In this document: one piece after another, positions 1 through 21,509 of the stretch
Layout of the letters: each line of letters starts with the position of its first letter
Position numbering within the stretch: position 1 is the stretch's first letter
Made by a program: the position numbers and the translations under genes
DNA from: the human T2T-CHM13v2.0 reference genome, Homo sapiens
DNA length: 64,000 nt
NCBI RefSeq assembly: GCF_009914755.1
Contig: NC_060940.1
Strand: one strand, 5' to 3'
The notes under the pieces: model-generated
Seen by the model: the letters and a program-made list of their open reading frames with translations, nothing else
Told to the model about the DNA's origin: nothing
The model's database searches: none

Positions 1-92
1 CCAACAAAATTCTGCTGATCCTTCAAGAACTGGCCCAAATGTCACCGCTTTTTATTCCCCACTGCTGGAGGTCTGGCAATAGTGGGCCCACT

Positions 93-390
93 TTTTTTTT
101 TCTTTTTTGAGATAGAGTCTCACTCTGTCACCCAGGCTGGAGTGCAGTGGCACGATCTTGGCTCACTGCAGCCTCCGCCACCTGGGTTCAAGTGATTATC
201 CTGCCTCAGTCTCCTGAGTAGCTGGGATTACAGGAGCCCACCACCACACTCAGCTCATTTTTGTATTTTTAGTAGAGACAAGGTTTCATCACGTTGGCCA
301 GGCCGGTCTCAAACTCCTGACCTCAGGTGATCCACTTACCTGGGCCTCCCAAAGTGCTAGGATTACAGGTGTGAGCTACTGCGCCTGGCC
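93..390 (-). mobile_element. AluS, full length
   Basis: Poly-T plus reverse Alu consensus; TSD GTGGGCCCACTTTT at 82-95 and 392-405. Confidence 0.95.
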
Positions 391-726
391 TGTGGGCCCA
401 CTTTTATACATGGCAACAAGCTGAGCTAAGTGGTGGTTGTTCTTTTAGAGCCGCGTTCTCCAACTTGCCCCATTCCTCACCACTCCCCATCCCATCTCCT
501 ACCTGCCTGCTTCATCTCTTTATATTACCTCCCTGGCCCTGTAGGCATCTGAAATTTCAATTCCTGCAGACTGTCATTCGTTGAGGACAGCGATAATATC
601 TTATTTTCCCAGACATTACGGGTGATTCCCCCTGCTACATCCTAGATCAGTGCTGGGCTACAGAGAGAAGAGACACGGGAGCTCAAGTTTCACATCATGA
701 GAGGTAGGACTTTGTTGGTTTAACCC

Positions 727-942
727 AAGTTGTCTCAGCGTTGTCACCATCGACATATAGGTTCAGATCATCCTTTGCTGTAGGCCGTCCTGTGCATTGT
801 AGGATGTCTAGCATTATCCTTGGCCTCAACCTACTAGATGCCAGTAGTATTATATACCCCTAATTGTGACAACTAAAATTTTCCTAAATTATGCCAAATG
901 CTCCTGGGAAGCAAAATAATACCAGTGCCAGTTGAGAACTAG
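727..942. mobile_element. MER20-like hAT DNA transposon
   Basis: ctgtgcattgtaggatgtctagca...ctactagatgccagtagt...gttgagaact resembles recalled MER20 consensus. Confidence 0.75.
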
Positions 943-1190
943 TTTAATGCATTGATTAGTTTATCAAGTAAGTACCTTCTTAAAATTAAGATCCTAGATA
1001 AAGGTAGGAGGATTCTAGGCAGGTTGAAAGCTGGGTATGTTAAAAAAAAAATCAGTAACACAATTCAGCTATGGTTACCAAGAATTTAAGTGCTCCCCCG
1101 CCCACTGTCACAGATTCCCCGCCCTTCTGTTCACTTCCGCAAAGCCTGAGTACTTTTTCAAAAGGCACTGACTTTGCTTACTGGACGTTT

Positions 1191-1223
1191 GCTGTCCCCT
1201 GGTGGTCATTTCTCTTTATTGCA
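1191..1223 (-). promoter_or_regulatory. Candidate CTCF site with upstream (ZF9-11) motif
   Basis: Minus strand reads TGCAAT-N9-TGACCACCAGGGGACAGC. Confidence 0.5.
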
Positions 1224-1258
1224 AGCTGATGGAGCTCCCAATTCAGTGTCCGTAGTCA

Positions 1259-1487
<229 letters not shown>

Positions 1488-2132
1488 TTAAGACAGTCAG
1501 ACTTGCTTTCCTTAGATTCTAGAAAGAAGCCCTGGGGCTCACAGCTCAGATCACGTGAGAGGTGCACACACAGGCCCTTGAGAAAATAGTCTGGAGTTAG
1601 CAAGAGCTGGAATAAGCAGTGACCTGCCCATTTTCCTCGGGCCTACCGTAGTTTGAATGTTTAGGACACCCACTCTGCCCCTACCCTTCCTGCTGCTAAA
1701 GGTTCTACTTGAAATGCATGTATAACTTATGATCCAGTGCATCTGAACTCTTTCTGTGAGTATATTTTTGAGAATTTTGTATACTTGGAGATAATTAGAC
1801 ACACTCAGGGTGCCATAAGACAGGAACATCTTATGCATCAAAGCAGTGTTTTCCAAATTTGTCTGATCATTAGAAATAGACAAATTAATGTGCGGAACCT
1901 TCCAGCACATTGTTAGGAGCAAGGCCATCTGGGAATCCTGTGTCGTGGGGTGTCAGAGCTGTTGCTATAGCGACTCAGTGAGCTGGGTGACCTTGAGGGT
2001 GAGGAGTCTTCCTGACTCTCAGTTTCCAGGCTTGGGCCACCTCCCTGTCCATCCAGCCCAGATAAAATGGTTATGTGAGGTTTAGACTTGGGCAGAAGTC
2101 AACTTCTTCGGCTGTTTTTAGATTAAACAATA

Positions 2133-2492
2133 CAGATGCTCCTTGACTTCAGGGGGCAGGCGGGTGCTACATCCTGATAAGCCCATCATAAGTTGAAAAT
2201 ACTGTAAGTTGAAAATGCATTTAATACTCCTAACCTACTGAACATCATAGCTTAGCCTAGCCCACTTTAAACACATTCAGAGCACTTCCGTTACCCTACA
2301 ATTGGGCAAAATCATTTAACACAAAGCATATTTTATAAGAAGGTGTCGCACATCTCATGTGGTTTATTGAATACTGCACCGAAAGTGAAAAGGTGAATGG
2401 CTGTATGGGTGTTCGAAGTACAGTTTCTACTGAATGTGTTTGCACCATTGTAAAGTCAAGAAATCCTAAGGGAAACCATCATTAATTGGGTG
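2133..2492. mobile_element. MER47/Tigger-family DNA transposon
   Basis: TA-CAGATGCTCCTTGACTT terminus; internal aagttgaaaatgcatttaatac...catcatagcttagcctagcc. Confidence 0.75.
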
Positions 2493-2559
2493 TTTAATAG
2501 CAATAACAATGAAGTTTCAAGAGGCTGGGAGATACTTCAGGCGATTGCAGCCAGAACCG

Positions 2560-2990
2560 TCATGTATTTTCAGCACAGCCACGGGATTCATCCTGGCAGA
2601 ACAGGTCACTCCTCTGTTCCAAACCCTTCCATGGCTCACCATTTCTCTTGGAGTAGAAGCTGAAGTCCTTATGTTGGCCCAAAAGGCCCTTCATGACTCT
2701 CTCCCACCACCCACATTTGCCTCTTCCTTTTCCCCAAGATCACCAAGAATTCCTGCCTCAAGGCCTTTGCACCTGCTGCCTGGTGGCCTGGGATGCTCTG
2801 CCAGCTGGCTCCCTCCCTCCCTCACTTCTCTCAAGTCTTCACTCAGCTCCCTCCCCCTCAGAAACCCATCCCACTCCTCTTCCAGCTTTACTTTTTTCCC
2901 TGAGCCTCTGTCATTATCTAACCTCCCATATTTTTATTTGATGTGTTGTCTGTCTCCCCTGACAGACTCCGCACTCCATAAGGGGAGGGA
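2560..2990 (+). mobile_element. L2 fragment
   Basis: gtcactcctctgttccaaacccttccatggctc...ggcctttgcacctgctg, typical of L2. Confidence 0.6.
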
Positions 2991-3042
2991 TATTGTAAAT
3001 GGAAAAATTCTTTCTTAATGCAGACATTAAATGGCAAGGTGT

Positions 3043-3723
<681 letters not shown>

Positions 3724-5159
3724 GTCAGACAAGGCAAACTTGCAAATTAAAGATCTCCCTCTTTGGAAATAGGAGCAGTATTTGAAGGAAAGCAATTATA
3801 AGTTGACATATATTATGTCGTTATAGGAAAAGATGCTTTATAATGATGCATTAAAATATTCTATCTTTTTGACTTAGCACATGAAGCAATATAATGATCT
3901 CACATCTTGGTTTTATAGGCCCAGAGGAGATCTGACTGTATTTTCCCTTCTTATTACCTTAAAGATTTATTCAGTCAAGGAAGGAATAAGAACAGCAAAG
4001 GCAATTGTGAAGTAATCGCCCTGAACTTCAGAATAACCACACTGGCAGATGAGTGCCAAGAAATGAATTGTGATTGCTGCTGTGGCTCTAATAAAAACAA
4101 GAATTTCACTCTCAATGGTTCTGGGGTATGAGGTTCTGGATTCAGTGTCGGACATGGCATCTGAAGGCCTAGGGTCAAGTCCTGTCTCTGCCATTTACTG
4201 AGCATGTCACTGTGGGCCGCTCACTTATTTGCTGTATCTCAGTGCCCAGAACAATATCTGGCACACAATAGGTGCTTAGTGAGAAAGAACAGGTGAGCAA
4301 GAAGCTGGGGTGGCAATGTACCCTTGGGAGTACTGGGGTGGGAGAAATGGTAAGAAGACCCCTGGGATGCACAAGGAGCCCCAAGTGGGGAGGGAAAGGC
4401 ACATGTGAAGGACTCCTCTTCTCTGTTGAAGGTCTCTGAATAATGTAAATTTCACCAACTATAATTGATGCCCAGGGGCCAGGCTCAGGGTGGAGAGTGG
4501 GGTCAGGGGATGCTGCCAGGAGGTCAGAGGCCAGCAGGGAGGGCCTGCCCTGGGTATGGAAACCTACACATCCATCCAGTGTGGGCCTGTGGGGTTTGTG
4601 TCTGCTATGGGGGGTCTTATCCAAGGCTCAGAGAGCACTGAGGAAAGAGCAGCCTCTTTTTGGAGGGAGGGGCTGGGGATCAGGAAACCTTGCATGGGGA
4701 GGCCTTGAGTAGGCAGAATGAACTGGATGCACCCCGGAGGTGAAAGTGGGGGCGTATCTTGGCACAATAATGATACTTTAGTTTCTTTTTTCTTTCTTCT
4801 CCCTTCCTCCCTCCCCCAACCTTGATTGCTGAAGTCATATATGCTTGCAGTAGAAAATTCATAAATTATAGAAAAGAACTAAGAAACTCTCATCACCCAG
4901 AGAGGATCCTTGTGAACACTTTAGTGTATATACATGTAGTCTTGGGCATTATTAATTTTTAATTATGCATGATAGACAAATATATTCTTCTTGTAAAAAA
5001 TTAAAATATAACAGATAAGTCTTAAGTCTCAGTAGTCAGCCAGCCCCACTCCTGGTCCTTTCCCTTCAACCCTTGTCACCTCTCAGATCAGATGGCCACT
5101 TCATCAGGGTAATAAATAGCACTCTGGACTATTCTTTACATACATAGAAATATAGACAC

Positions 5160-6483
<1,324 letters not shown>

Positions 6484-7066
6484 TCTCAATTTCTTAATAT
6501 TTAAAAAAATCCACATACATATAGACTTACTATGTTATATATTAGCCAGTTTTTCACCTAACTATACAGTGTGAGTTCTTTCTAAATACCACTCAATATA
6601 CTACAGCAATTTCTCCATCCATTTTTAACATACATTTTATTACGGAAAATTTCGAACATATACAAAGGTAGAGAGAATAGTAAAATGAACCCCCATGTAC
6701 CCATTTCTTGAGCTTCAATAAATATCAACTTTTTTAATACTTCATACAGCACCATTAATGATGGCATAATATGTATCATAAGCATGTTTTATGATATATT
6801 GAGTCTGTTCCTTGTTGTTGGAGGGTTGAGATTGTTTAATTTTTCACTATGACATGTAGGATTTACATGCCTTGCCTTTGGTAATGGAAGCATGGGAGTG
6901 TTTTGCCTTGGTCTCCACTTAGCCCACCGCTGCCCCTTTTCTGCCCACAGACACCCCCTCTCCCACTGTAGTGTTGTAAGGAGCTGTCTTATGTCCGAGT
7001 TTCTCAGATGCAGAGCTGGAGACAGGGATTCAGGTGCACGTTATCATGGTCAACGACTGCCTGGGG

Positions 7067-7376
7067 GCTGGCTGGGCTCGGTGGTTCACGCCTGTAATCC
7101 CAGCGCTTTGGGAGGCCGAGGCGGGCAGATCACTTGAGGTCAGGAGTTTGAGACCATCCTGGCCAACATGGTAAAACCCCATCTCTACTAAAAATACAAA
7201 AACTAGCCGGGCGTGGTGGTGGATGCCTGTAATACCAGCTACTCAGGAGGCTGAGGCAGGAATCACTTGAACCTGGGAGGCAGAGCTTGCAGTGAGCCGA
7301 GAGGGCACCACTGAATTCCAGCCTGGGCGACAGAGTGAGACTCTGTCTCAAAACAAACAAACAAACAAATAAAAAA
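7067..7376 (+). mobile_element. AluS
   Basis: Full Alu with (AAAC)n tail. Confidence 0.93.
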
Positions 7377-7394
7377 CTGACCCCCTGGGGTCAG

Positions 7395-7759
7395 TGTCAC
7401 AGGTGGTGAAGGAATTTACCAAGACCATTGTTGGGAAAGAAAGGTAGATTTATTAGAGAAAAGCGGGACATATGTTCCAAGGGAGCAACGAGCAACATAG
7501 CAGAGGGAATGCTGTCTGCAAAAAGGCAGGGGCTGCAGGGGACTTTATAAAGTTGTGCTGTCTGGGCTGAAGGCTTGCAGACAGGAAGCTTGGGTGCAGG
7601 TGGGCTGTGAGCTGAATGCTTGCAACAGGATGTTTGGGTGCTAGTGAGCTGTTTGCTGTTGACCCTATTTCTCAGAACATTCACTCCCCTCTACCCCTGT
7701 GTCTGTTCTTGCCAGCTAAGCTCATTTCCAATTTTCTTTTAGCTCCTTAGGGCTCCACA
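7395..7759 (-). mobile_element. Solo ERV LTR (LTR47-like)
   Basis: Minus strand begins TGTGGAGCC, ends TGTGACA and contains ctctaataaatctacctttctt poly(A) region. Confidence 0.6.
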
Positions 7760-9059
7760 TGCGTGACTTATTAGAGGAGCAAAAGAAGCCGAATATGGAA
7801 GGGGAAAGCCTCGGCCTGATCCAGGGTGCTCTAGAACAAATTCCTCCCACTGAACTGTCCTGCTGTGGGGCAAGCAGGTGAGCACTTGTTCTGTTGTCAG
7901 TCACCATTTGCCCCCGGGGTGGGGTGTAACCTGCCAGGCATCCTCAAGGGATGCACTGGCAACAGCAGGGGGATGGTGACAGCCGGTGTGGGGATCTGGA
8001 GCACCCACACGCCCACATCCTGCATGGTGAGACCCTTACTGACACCTATTTACAAGCAAGGCTTAAAAAGAAGCATCTGGGGGGCGCCGGGTGAAGGCAA
8101 ATCTTCAGGGCTCTCGGATCAAACTGGGAGATTTGGGGTTGGAGAAGCAGGCAGCAGGAAATGAATCTGTCTTCTGTTCATATCTGGCTGCAAAGCTCAC
8201 AAACGCTCAAGCTCAGGCTGCAGCTGGATGTGGAATGAGATGGAAGATCGGGCCGCATGATAGCCCAAATGGAATTATAAAAAGAAACAACAACAAAATC
8301 AGTCAGCAGAAAGGTGGCTGGAGACAAAGGGAAAGGTGGAGGGGAGATAACCCTGAACTTTGGCGCATGTGTAGGCCTTTGGACAAAGCAACGGAAACAC
8401 CTGGCAGAGGATCATTTGAGTCTGAGATGGAGCTCCTGTTTGTTAGGAGATGGGGGCATGCAGGCAGGAGAGCAGTCTCAGAAAGCCCTGGTTCAAGGTG
8501 CAGGGGAGAGTGGGTTCACACAGGGCTAAGCACCCTCATCCTTCAAAGGCCTGGGCCTCTGAAGGTCACTGGCCTGCTGCCCATCCTGGTGCAGATCACC
8601 CAGGAGTGAGAGGAGAGCAGATATTGCCATCACCCTGGGCTGCAGCACACCTACAGATATGTTTTATTTTCTGCAACATGGGCTATAAAAATCAAAATCT
8701 TAAAAAACCTGGATCTTCTGGAGCCCTGGGCCATTGTTTCTGCATGGCCCCAAGGGCACATTTCAGTAATGGCCACCCCCTTTAAAGCAGTCCTGCCACG
8801 GGCCCCACCATTCCCTAATGCATCACACCTGCCGCTTTAATCATTTACAAGACCAGGTTGGCCCTGCAGGCGGTTGTGGCTTCCCACTCACCAAGGTTTT
8901 GAGAAGTCCAGCCTCAATCATCTTGTTTTTTAATCTTCAATCATCTTTTGAGTTTCCGTCCTCTACCTCCAGCTACAGGAATGAGTCCAATGTTCAGAAA
9001 AGTGAGGGTATCAGGGGGCAGTAGAGGGGGAAGGCCAGCCCAGAGGGTAAGGACCTGAG

Positions 9060-9240
9060 CCCTGGAACTGTCTGGGTTAAAATCCTGGCTCTGCTGCTAG
9101 TTGTGTGAGGTAGGCAAGTTGCTAAAATCCCCCTGGATTTTTAGTTTTCTCATCCCTAAAATGGGAATAATGAAATGAGTAAATACATGTAAAACTTAGC
9201 ATTGATGAAGTGCTCAGCTAATGTTACCCATGACTGTGAT
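9060..9240 (+). mobile_element. MIR
   Basis: ctgggttaaaatcctggctctgc...ttttctcatccctaaaatgggaataat core. Confidence 0.7.
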
Positions 9241-9741
9241 TACTAGCCCGGACACTGTTGTCACCAGGCATCCTGCTGCACAAACAAGGCTGCTTCGGGG
9301 CTGTGCTTCCACTGGCCATTGGCTGCAGCTGCTCTCAGCAGGCCACAAAGATGCCCTCCCAGCCACCCTCACCACTGACCACAAGCCTCCATGATGGGAC
9401 CCTGTCTACTCCCCCAAGATCCCAGTATTAGGCACCAGTGTCCCCAGACATTCTGGTACCAGCAGTATCTGAGAGCCTCCTCCAGGGCACTGTGTGCAGC
9501 AGACCCAAGACCTTGTGGTCCTCCAGATTTTAGGGAACCACTCCCTTCAGAGCCACACGCCTCCACACCTTCCTCCCCAGTGTGAGCAACCCCTGTCCAT
9601 CCTGTCTACTTACATCAAAATTCCCCAGGGGAGAAGGGGTAATAAAAATGCCCCAAAATGTCAATTCCCCCATCTCATTAGTCACAATCTCTGAGCTCAG
9701 GGCTAGCAATTTATATACACACACGTACACACACACATAAC

Positions 9742-10031
9742 TTTTTCTTTATTTTAGACGGAGTCTCGCTCTGTCGCCCAGGCTGAAGTGCAGTGGTGGG
9801 ATCTTGGCTCACTGCAACTCTGCTTCCCGGGTTCAAGCAATTCTCTTGCCTCAGCCTCCCAAGTAGCTGGGACTACAATAGCACGCCACCACACCTGGCT
9901 AGTTTTTTGTATTTTTAGTAGAGACAGGATTTTGTCATGTTGGCCAGACTGGTCTCCAACTCCTGTCCTCAAGTGATTCGCCCCCTTGGCCTCCCAAAGT
10001 GCTGGGATTACAGGCGTGAGCCACTGCGCCC
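9742..10031 (-). mobile_element. AluS
   Basis: Reverse Alu consensus. Confidence 0.93.
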
Positions 10032-10089
10032 ACATACACAGAATTTTGGGGGTAAAATTACATTTACATTTGATAAAATGCACTAATAA

Positions 10090-10442
<353 letters not shown>

Positions 10443-10444
10443 TA

Positions 10445-11830
<1,386 letters not shown>

Positions 11831-11988
11831 ACTGACAATTTATATTTTTAACGAACTTCTCAAGTAATTCTGTTATGCACTAAAATTTGAGGTCCACTGG
11901 TCTCAGATAATGAAGCACTATTGGTTTTTTTTTTTTTTTTTTTGGCCCTGGTTGACAACATTTCCCCTAACATACATGCCTTTGAGTG

Positions 11989-12037
11989 TGCACGCACACA
12001 CACATGCACACACACACAAACACACACACACACACAC
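11989..12037. repeat. (CA)n microsatellite
   Basis: Imperfect CA run. Confidence 0.9.
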
Positions 12038-12099
12038 CTGCCACATAGAACAAGAAACCCAGAATTTAAGAACCCAAGAAATTGTGGGTTAGAGACAAT

Positions 12100-12900
12100 G
12101 GGTTTGCCCCACTATCTATCCCCTCTTCCTCTTAGTAATAGGAACCTCACAAGTGTCTGGGACATAGACATACAGCCAAAACCACATTTCCCAGACTATC
12201 TGGCAGCCAAGAGTGGCCACATGACCGTTTTGTCCGATGATTTGTAAGTGGAAGTGGACGTAAAACTTTAGGAATGTATCCTTGAAAGGGACGAGGTGCC
12301 GCTCTGGTCCCTGTCCTCTTTCCTAATGGCTGGAACAAGAGCATAATGGCTGGAGCTCCAGCAACCATCTTGGAGACTGAGGCAGGATGCTAAGGATGGG
12401 GGAGCAGCAATGTAGGTGGCCGGGTCCTTGATGACTGAAGCCACCACCTAGCCTAGATGGCTTCTCTTCAGACTTCTCTCATGTGACAGAAATAATGTCT
12501 TATCTTGTTCAAGCCCCTAAGTGTTGGCATTATTGTCACCATTGCTTTTGTTTCTTTACGTAGCTGAATTGAAGTCTAATTTCTATACCTGGCTTGAAGT
12601 CTAATTTCTGTTCCTGTGAGGGGATAGGGAAAATCAACTTCTTGGTTTTTGTTAATGGATGCTTAGCCTGTTTGTGCTGCTATGACTGCATACCACAAAC
12701 GGTGTAATTTATAAATAATAGAACTTTATTTCTTACAGTTCTGGAGCTGCTGGGCAGACAAAGGTTAACGTGCTAACAGGTTCAGTGTTTGGTGAAGGTC
12801 TGGTTTCTGTTCCAAGATGGCACCTTGGACACTGTCTCCTCACATGGCAGAAGGCAGAAGGACAAGACAAAAACAAGCCAAAAAGGCCTAACTAGTTCCC
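12100..12900. mobile_element. MLT1-family MaLR LTR fragments
   Basis: atggctggagctccagcaaccatcttgg; tttatttcttacagttctggag...ttccaagatggcacc. Confidence 0.65.
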
Positions 12901-13201
12901 TGCAGCCTCTATAAATGTCATTGTTGTCAACAGGTGTAATGAAACAATGGGCTAAGCCATGCCCAGCCAAACCCACAGCACAGAAATTATTCCTGTTCTG
13001 ATCAGGTTGTTGTATTTTTTTTATTCATTGCACACGTATAGTAATGGCTTATTCTACACAGGGCTTTGCTTGAAGTGAACATATTTTCATTTTATTTGTG
13101 GTGATTAATTTCAGGAAAAACAAAATAGAAAAGTTGATTTTTGCCAGCATAGATTTTCAAAAAACAGCAGAGAATTTGGTTATTTAAAAAATGAAGACCA
13201 T

Positions 13202-13843
<642 letters not shown>

Positions 13844-14560
13844 ACATACTTCCCAATTTTAACTGAACCATGAAACTAAAAATCAGACTTCTCATAATAC
13901 AAAATCAAATACATTACAAAAAGTAAATGCTGTGAAGACACTTAGGGATTAAAAAAGCACGTAAACATACTTTTCCATGAAAAGCAATTACAACATTGTC
14001 AGCCAGATGGATAAAGAAAGTTTTGTTTTTGCCTGCGCATCCTCTCTTTCCTGACTCTTTGCTTGACTTTTTCACGATTTTTAAAAATTATTACTTATTC
14101 TAAAAAAGAATGAGACCTCTAAGACAGCCATCAACCAGGGGGCTACAGCCTCCAGCTTGTGTGTCCCACGGTTTTCAGAACTGTGGTGTTGGTTTACTGA
14201 AGTCTGAGTTCTGCCCAGTGGCCAGCATTGGGCACAGTCTCATCCCTCAAGGCTGATAAGATCTAGACAGTTACATTACAGAACAGCTGAACTGGCTGAC
14301 CCCCAAGAGAGGTCACGTATAGGAGCTGGTCTTCCCTGCTATGCCACACATGCCAGTGTTAGCCCCAGTTTGAGTCAAATTTGAGTTAAGACTCTGCCTT
14401 CAAGCAATTGGATAACTTGCGTGATTGGAGCCTCCATTCTGAGAGTCTCCTGGCAGCTCATTCAGGACCTTTTTAAACTAACATTCACCGAACACCCACT
14501 AATGGACACAAAGCCTTCAAGGGCTTCCATTCTAGTGAAATTTATGCACAAAACAAAAAT

Positions 14561-14834
14561 TGCGCCTGTAATCCCAGGGAAGTGGAGGCAGAAGAATCAC
14601 TTGAGGGAGTTTGAGACCAGCCTGGGCAACATAGTAAGACCCCATCTCAACAAAAATTTTTTAAAAATAACTGGGCATGGTGGTATGTGCCCATAGTCCT
14701 AACTACTCCAGAGGTGAGGCAGGAGGATTGTTTGAGCCCAGGAGTGCGAGGTTACAGTGAGCTATGATTGCACCACTGCACTCCAGCCTGGGTAACACAG
14801 CAAGACCATGTCTCTAAAAAATAAAAATAAAAAA
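14561..14834 (+). mobile_element. AluJ (5' degraded)
   Basis: Alu body and A-rich tail. Confidence 0.88.
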
Positions 14835-15245
14835 TTGCAACTTTTTATGATGTGTGTAGGGTACTTGACAGCTTTGCACTGGTGGGGCAAGGACACCTCT
14901 ACTCAATTCTAGAATACCGGGGCCACTGGCCTTGCCAAAAATAAAATGGTTAACACTTACTGAGCACCCACCATATGCAAAACTCTGTTCTAAGTCTCTA
15001 ACATGTATTAAGTAGCTCAGTCCTTGTAACAACCCTTCACGGTGGGTTACCATCATCTCCATAAGAATACCCACAATGTGAAAGAAGTAAATCCCTGGAA
15101 AGTAAATGGGGAGAGGTTCTTGGTATAGTTACCAAAGAAGGGTGTTGGAAGGCCCCAAAGCCAGCCGTGTTCACTACTGTTCTCCACACTGGTTTGCTGA
15201 TATTAATTTTCTTCTGGGTTTGCAGAGAAGGACTAAGTTTTCTGA

Positions 15246-15621
<376 letters not shown>

Positions 15622-16389
15622 TAAGAGTGGCAATAGCTACAAGTCTGTTTCTGTTTTCTACTTTCACTCTTGGGGACACTTTTCTTTTATCATTTAAGTT
15701 TTTTTTCTTGAAACTCCAGCTGCAAATACATTTAATAATCAACCACAAGAGAGCCCTTGACAGATGGGCCTTGAAACAGATGGCTCCATTGAAAGGCGGC
15801 AATTAAAATTGGAGGGTAATTTGAACCAATCAAGAAGATGGGGTCTCTTGGAGGCAAAGTTTCTACAAAAACCGAAACCATATCCCCCAAGCTCCTTTGG
15901 TACATTTTTCACCCACAGATGAGCCTTCCTGGGAGTGGATCCAACTTTTTTAAACATCTGGAATGTTGAAAAGGAAGAGAGAGAAGCCCTTGGGCCTTGT
16001 CAATCAAATTCACTTTTCTTTTGGCAAATTCAGCATCAGTGACAAATTGTGCAATTTGACATAAACAAAGTTGATAGATGTCGGCAAAGCTGTTTTTAAA
16101 CAGCAGCAATGGAGAGATGTGTAGGATGGGGATTTTTCTCATTCAACAGTCAGTATGTTTAATAACAAATAAAACAACCAGATGTTGAAAAAAAAACCTA
16201 CCACCTTGACAATGTCATCTGATAGTCAGCTGCTGCTGATTAATGAGTGTGGGATATATTCCAATCTCAATTCAGAAAGCTGGCAGAAATGTCCATGTAA
16301 GGACTTCTCTGGATAATTCCTTAATAGAGTTAACGAAGGGCTCTAAATTCACCTTGGAGGCTTTCTTGAGATAAAAAGCACTGGCCTTG

Positions 16390-18868
<2,479 letters not shown>

Positions 18869-19914
18869 AAAGCTTTTAATGACTTTTGAAGAATATTGCT
18901 AATCACTCATCCACAGCTCACCAAGCTTTATGTAATTTGCGACTTCCCACTAAGAAATCGTCTCTGGAAGCAGCAGCTCAAGATAGGGGGTAACAATTAG
19001 TGGAGCTGGATTCTGTTATTTAAGAAATATTTCTTGCTTTCCTTCCATGAACCACATGCTAGGTATTGTGGGGAATACCAAAGAAGGAAAGCAAGGTTCC
19101 AGACTGCAAACTATCAGGGAAAGTGACATGAATTTCAGATTGCAAAAATATTTAATATTCCATGGTGAAGGGAATATTCTATTTTATTTTTACTTTTTAT
19201 TGTAGCATAATGAATAACATATGTATGGTAAAGTGCACAAATCTTAAATGTGCAGCTCAATGAATTTTTAAAAAGTGAATACATCCATGCACTCAGCATC
19301 CAGATGAAGAAATAGAACATTAAGAGATCTCAGAAGTTTCCTTCATTCCTCTTCCCAGGCAACAACCTCTCCCTGTTTCATGATAATCACTGTCCTGACA
19401 TCTGTCACCATAGATTAGTTTTTCCTTACTTGAACTCTATATAAATGAAATTATACTTTTGTGTCTAGCTTTTTTTGTATGACATTATGTCTGCAAGATT
19501 CATTCATGTTGTTGCTTGAGGATGGAGTTCATTCTTTTTTATTCCTGAATTATTTTATTATATGACCACAACATAATTTATTTTTCCCTTCTTCTGTTAA
19601 TGGACTTCTGGGTTGTTTCCCCTGTTGGGCTAGTACAAATAATGGTGCTATGAACATTGGTATACATGGCTTTTAATGAAAATATGTACACATTTATGCT
19701 GAAGATAGGTAGATAGGTAAATAGATAGATAGATAGATAGATGTACTAGGTCATAGAGTATGTGTATATTTAGCTTTAATATATTTTGCCAGTTTTCCCA
19801 AGTGGTTGTCCCTGTTTATAAACCCTCGGCTGCATATGATGGTCCCAGTTGCTCCACAACCTCTTGGACAGTTAGTATTGTCAGTTTTAAAGTGTAGCCA
19901 TTTTCTCAACATCA

Positions 19915-20905
<991 letters not shown>

Positions 20906-21026
20906 AATATCTAGTTATTCTAGTCTGACAGATATGTAGTGGTTTTTCATTATGGATTTAATTTGCATTATCCTGATGACCAATTGTGTTAAGCACCTTG
21001 CATATATTATTGGCAAGTCAGATATT

Positions 21027-21509
21027 GTATTAGTCAGGGTTCTACAGAGAAACACAACAAATCAGATGTGTGTGCATAGATAGATAGATAGATAGATATA
21101 ATATGATTATGAAAGTTGACAAGTCTCAAGATCTGCAGTCATCAAGCTGGAGACCCAGGACCTAGAAGAGTGGTTGGTGTAGTTCCAGTCCCAGTCTGAC
21201 AGTCTCAAGACCCAAGAAGAGCTAATGTTTCAGCTTGAGTCGAAAGACAGAAAAAAAAGCCCATGTCCCAGCTTAAAGATAGGTAGAAGGAATTCTCCGT
21301 TACTCAGCCTTTGCATTTTTCTCAGGCCTTCAACTGATTGGATGTAGCCCACCCGCATTAAGGAGGGCAATCTCGTTTACTCAGTCTACCCATGCACATG
21401 TTAATCTCATCCAGAAACACCCCCACAGACACACTCAAAATAACATTTGATGAAATGTCTGGGCATCCCATAGCCCAGTCAAGTTGACACATACAATTTA
21501 ACCATCACA
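21027..21509. mobile_element. MLT2 (ERVL) solo LTR with (GATA)n
   Basis: tgtattagtcagggttct...gttgacacatacaatttaaccatcaca termini. Confidence 0.85.

Noticed and set aside
3870-3879. ARE-like TGACTTAGCA (also isolated AP-1 motifs and RBPJ-like CGTGGGAA at 29863)
   Set aside because: Single short motifs are expected by chance in 64 kb and have no supporting cluster.
8091-8785. 172-aa and 111-aa ORFs in non-Alu sequence
   Set aside because: No recognisable homology, exon structure or promoter; consistent with chance ORFs in GC-richer DNA.
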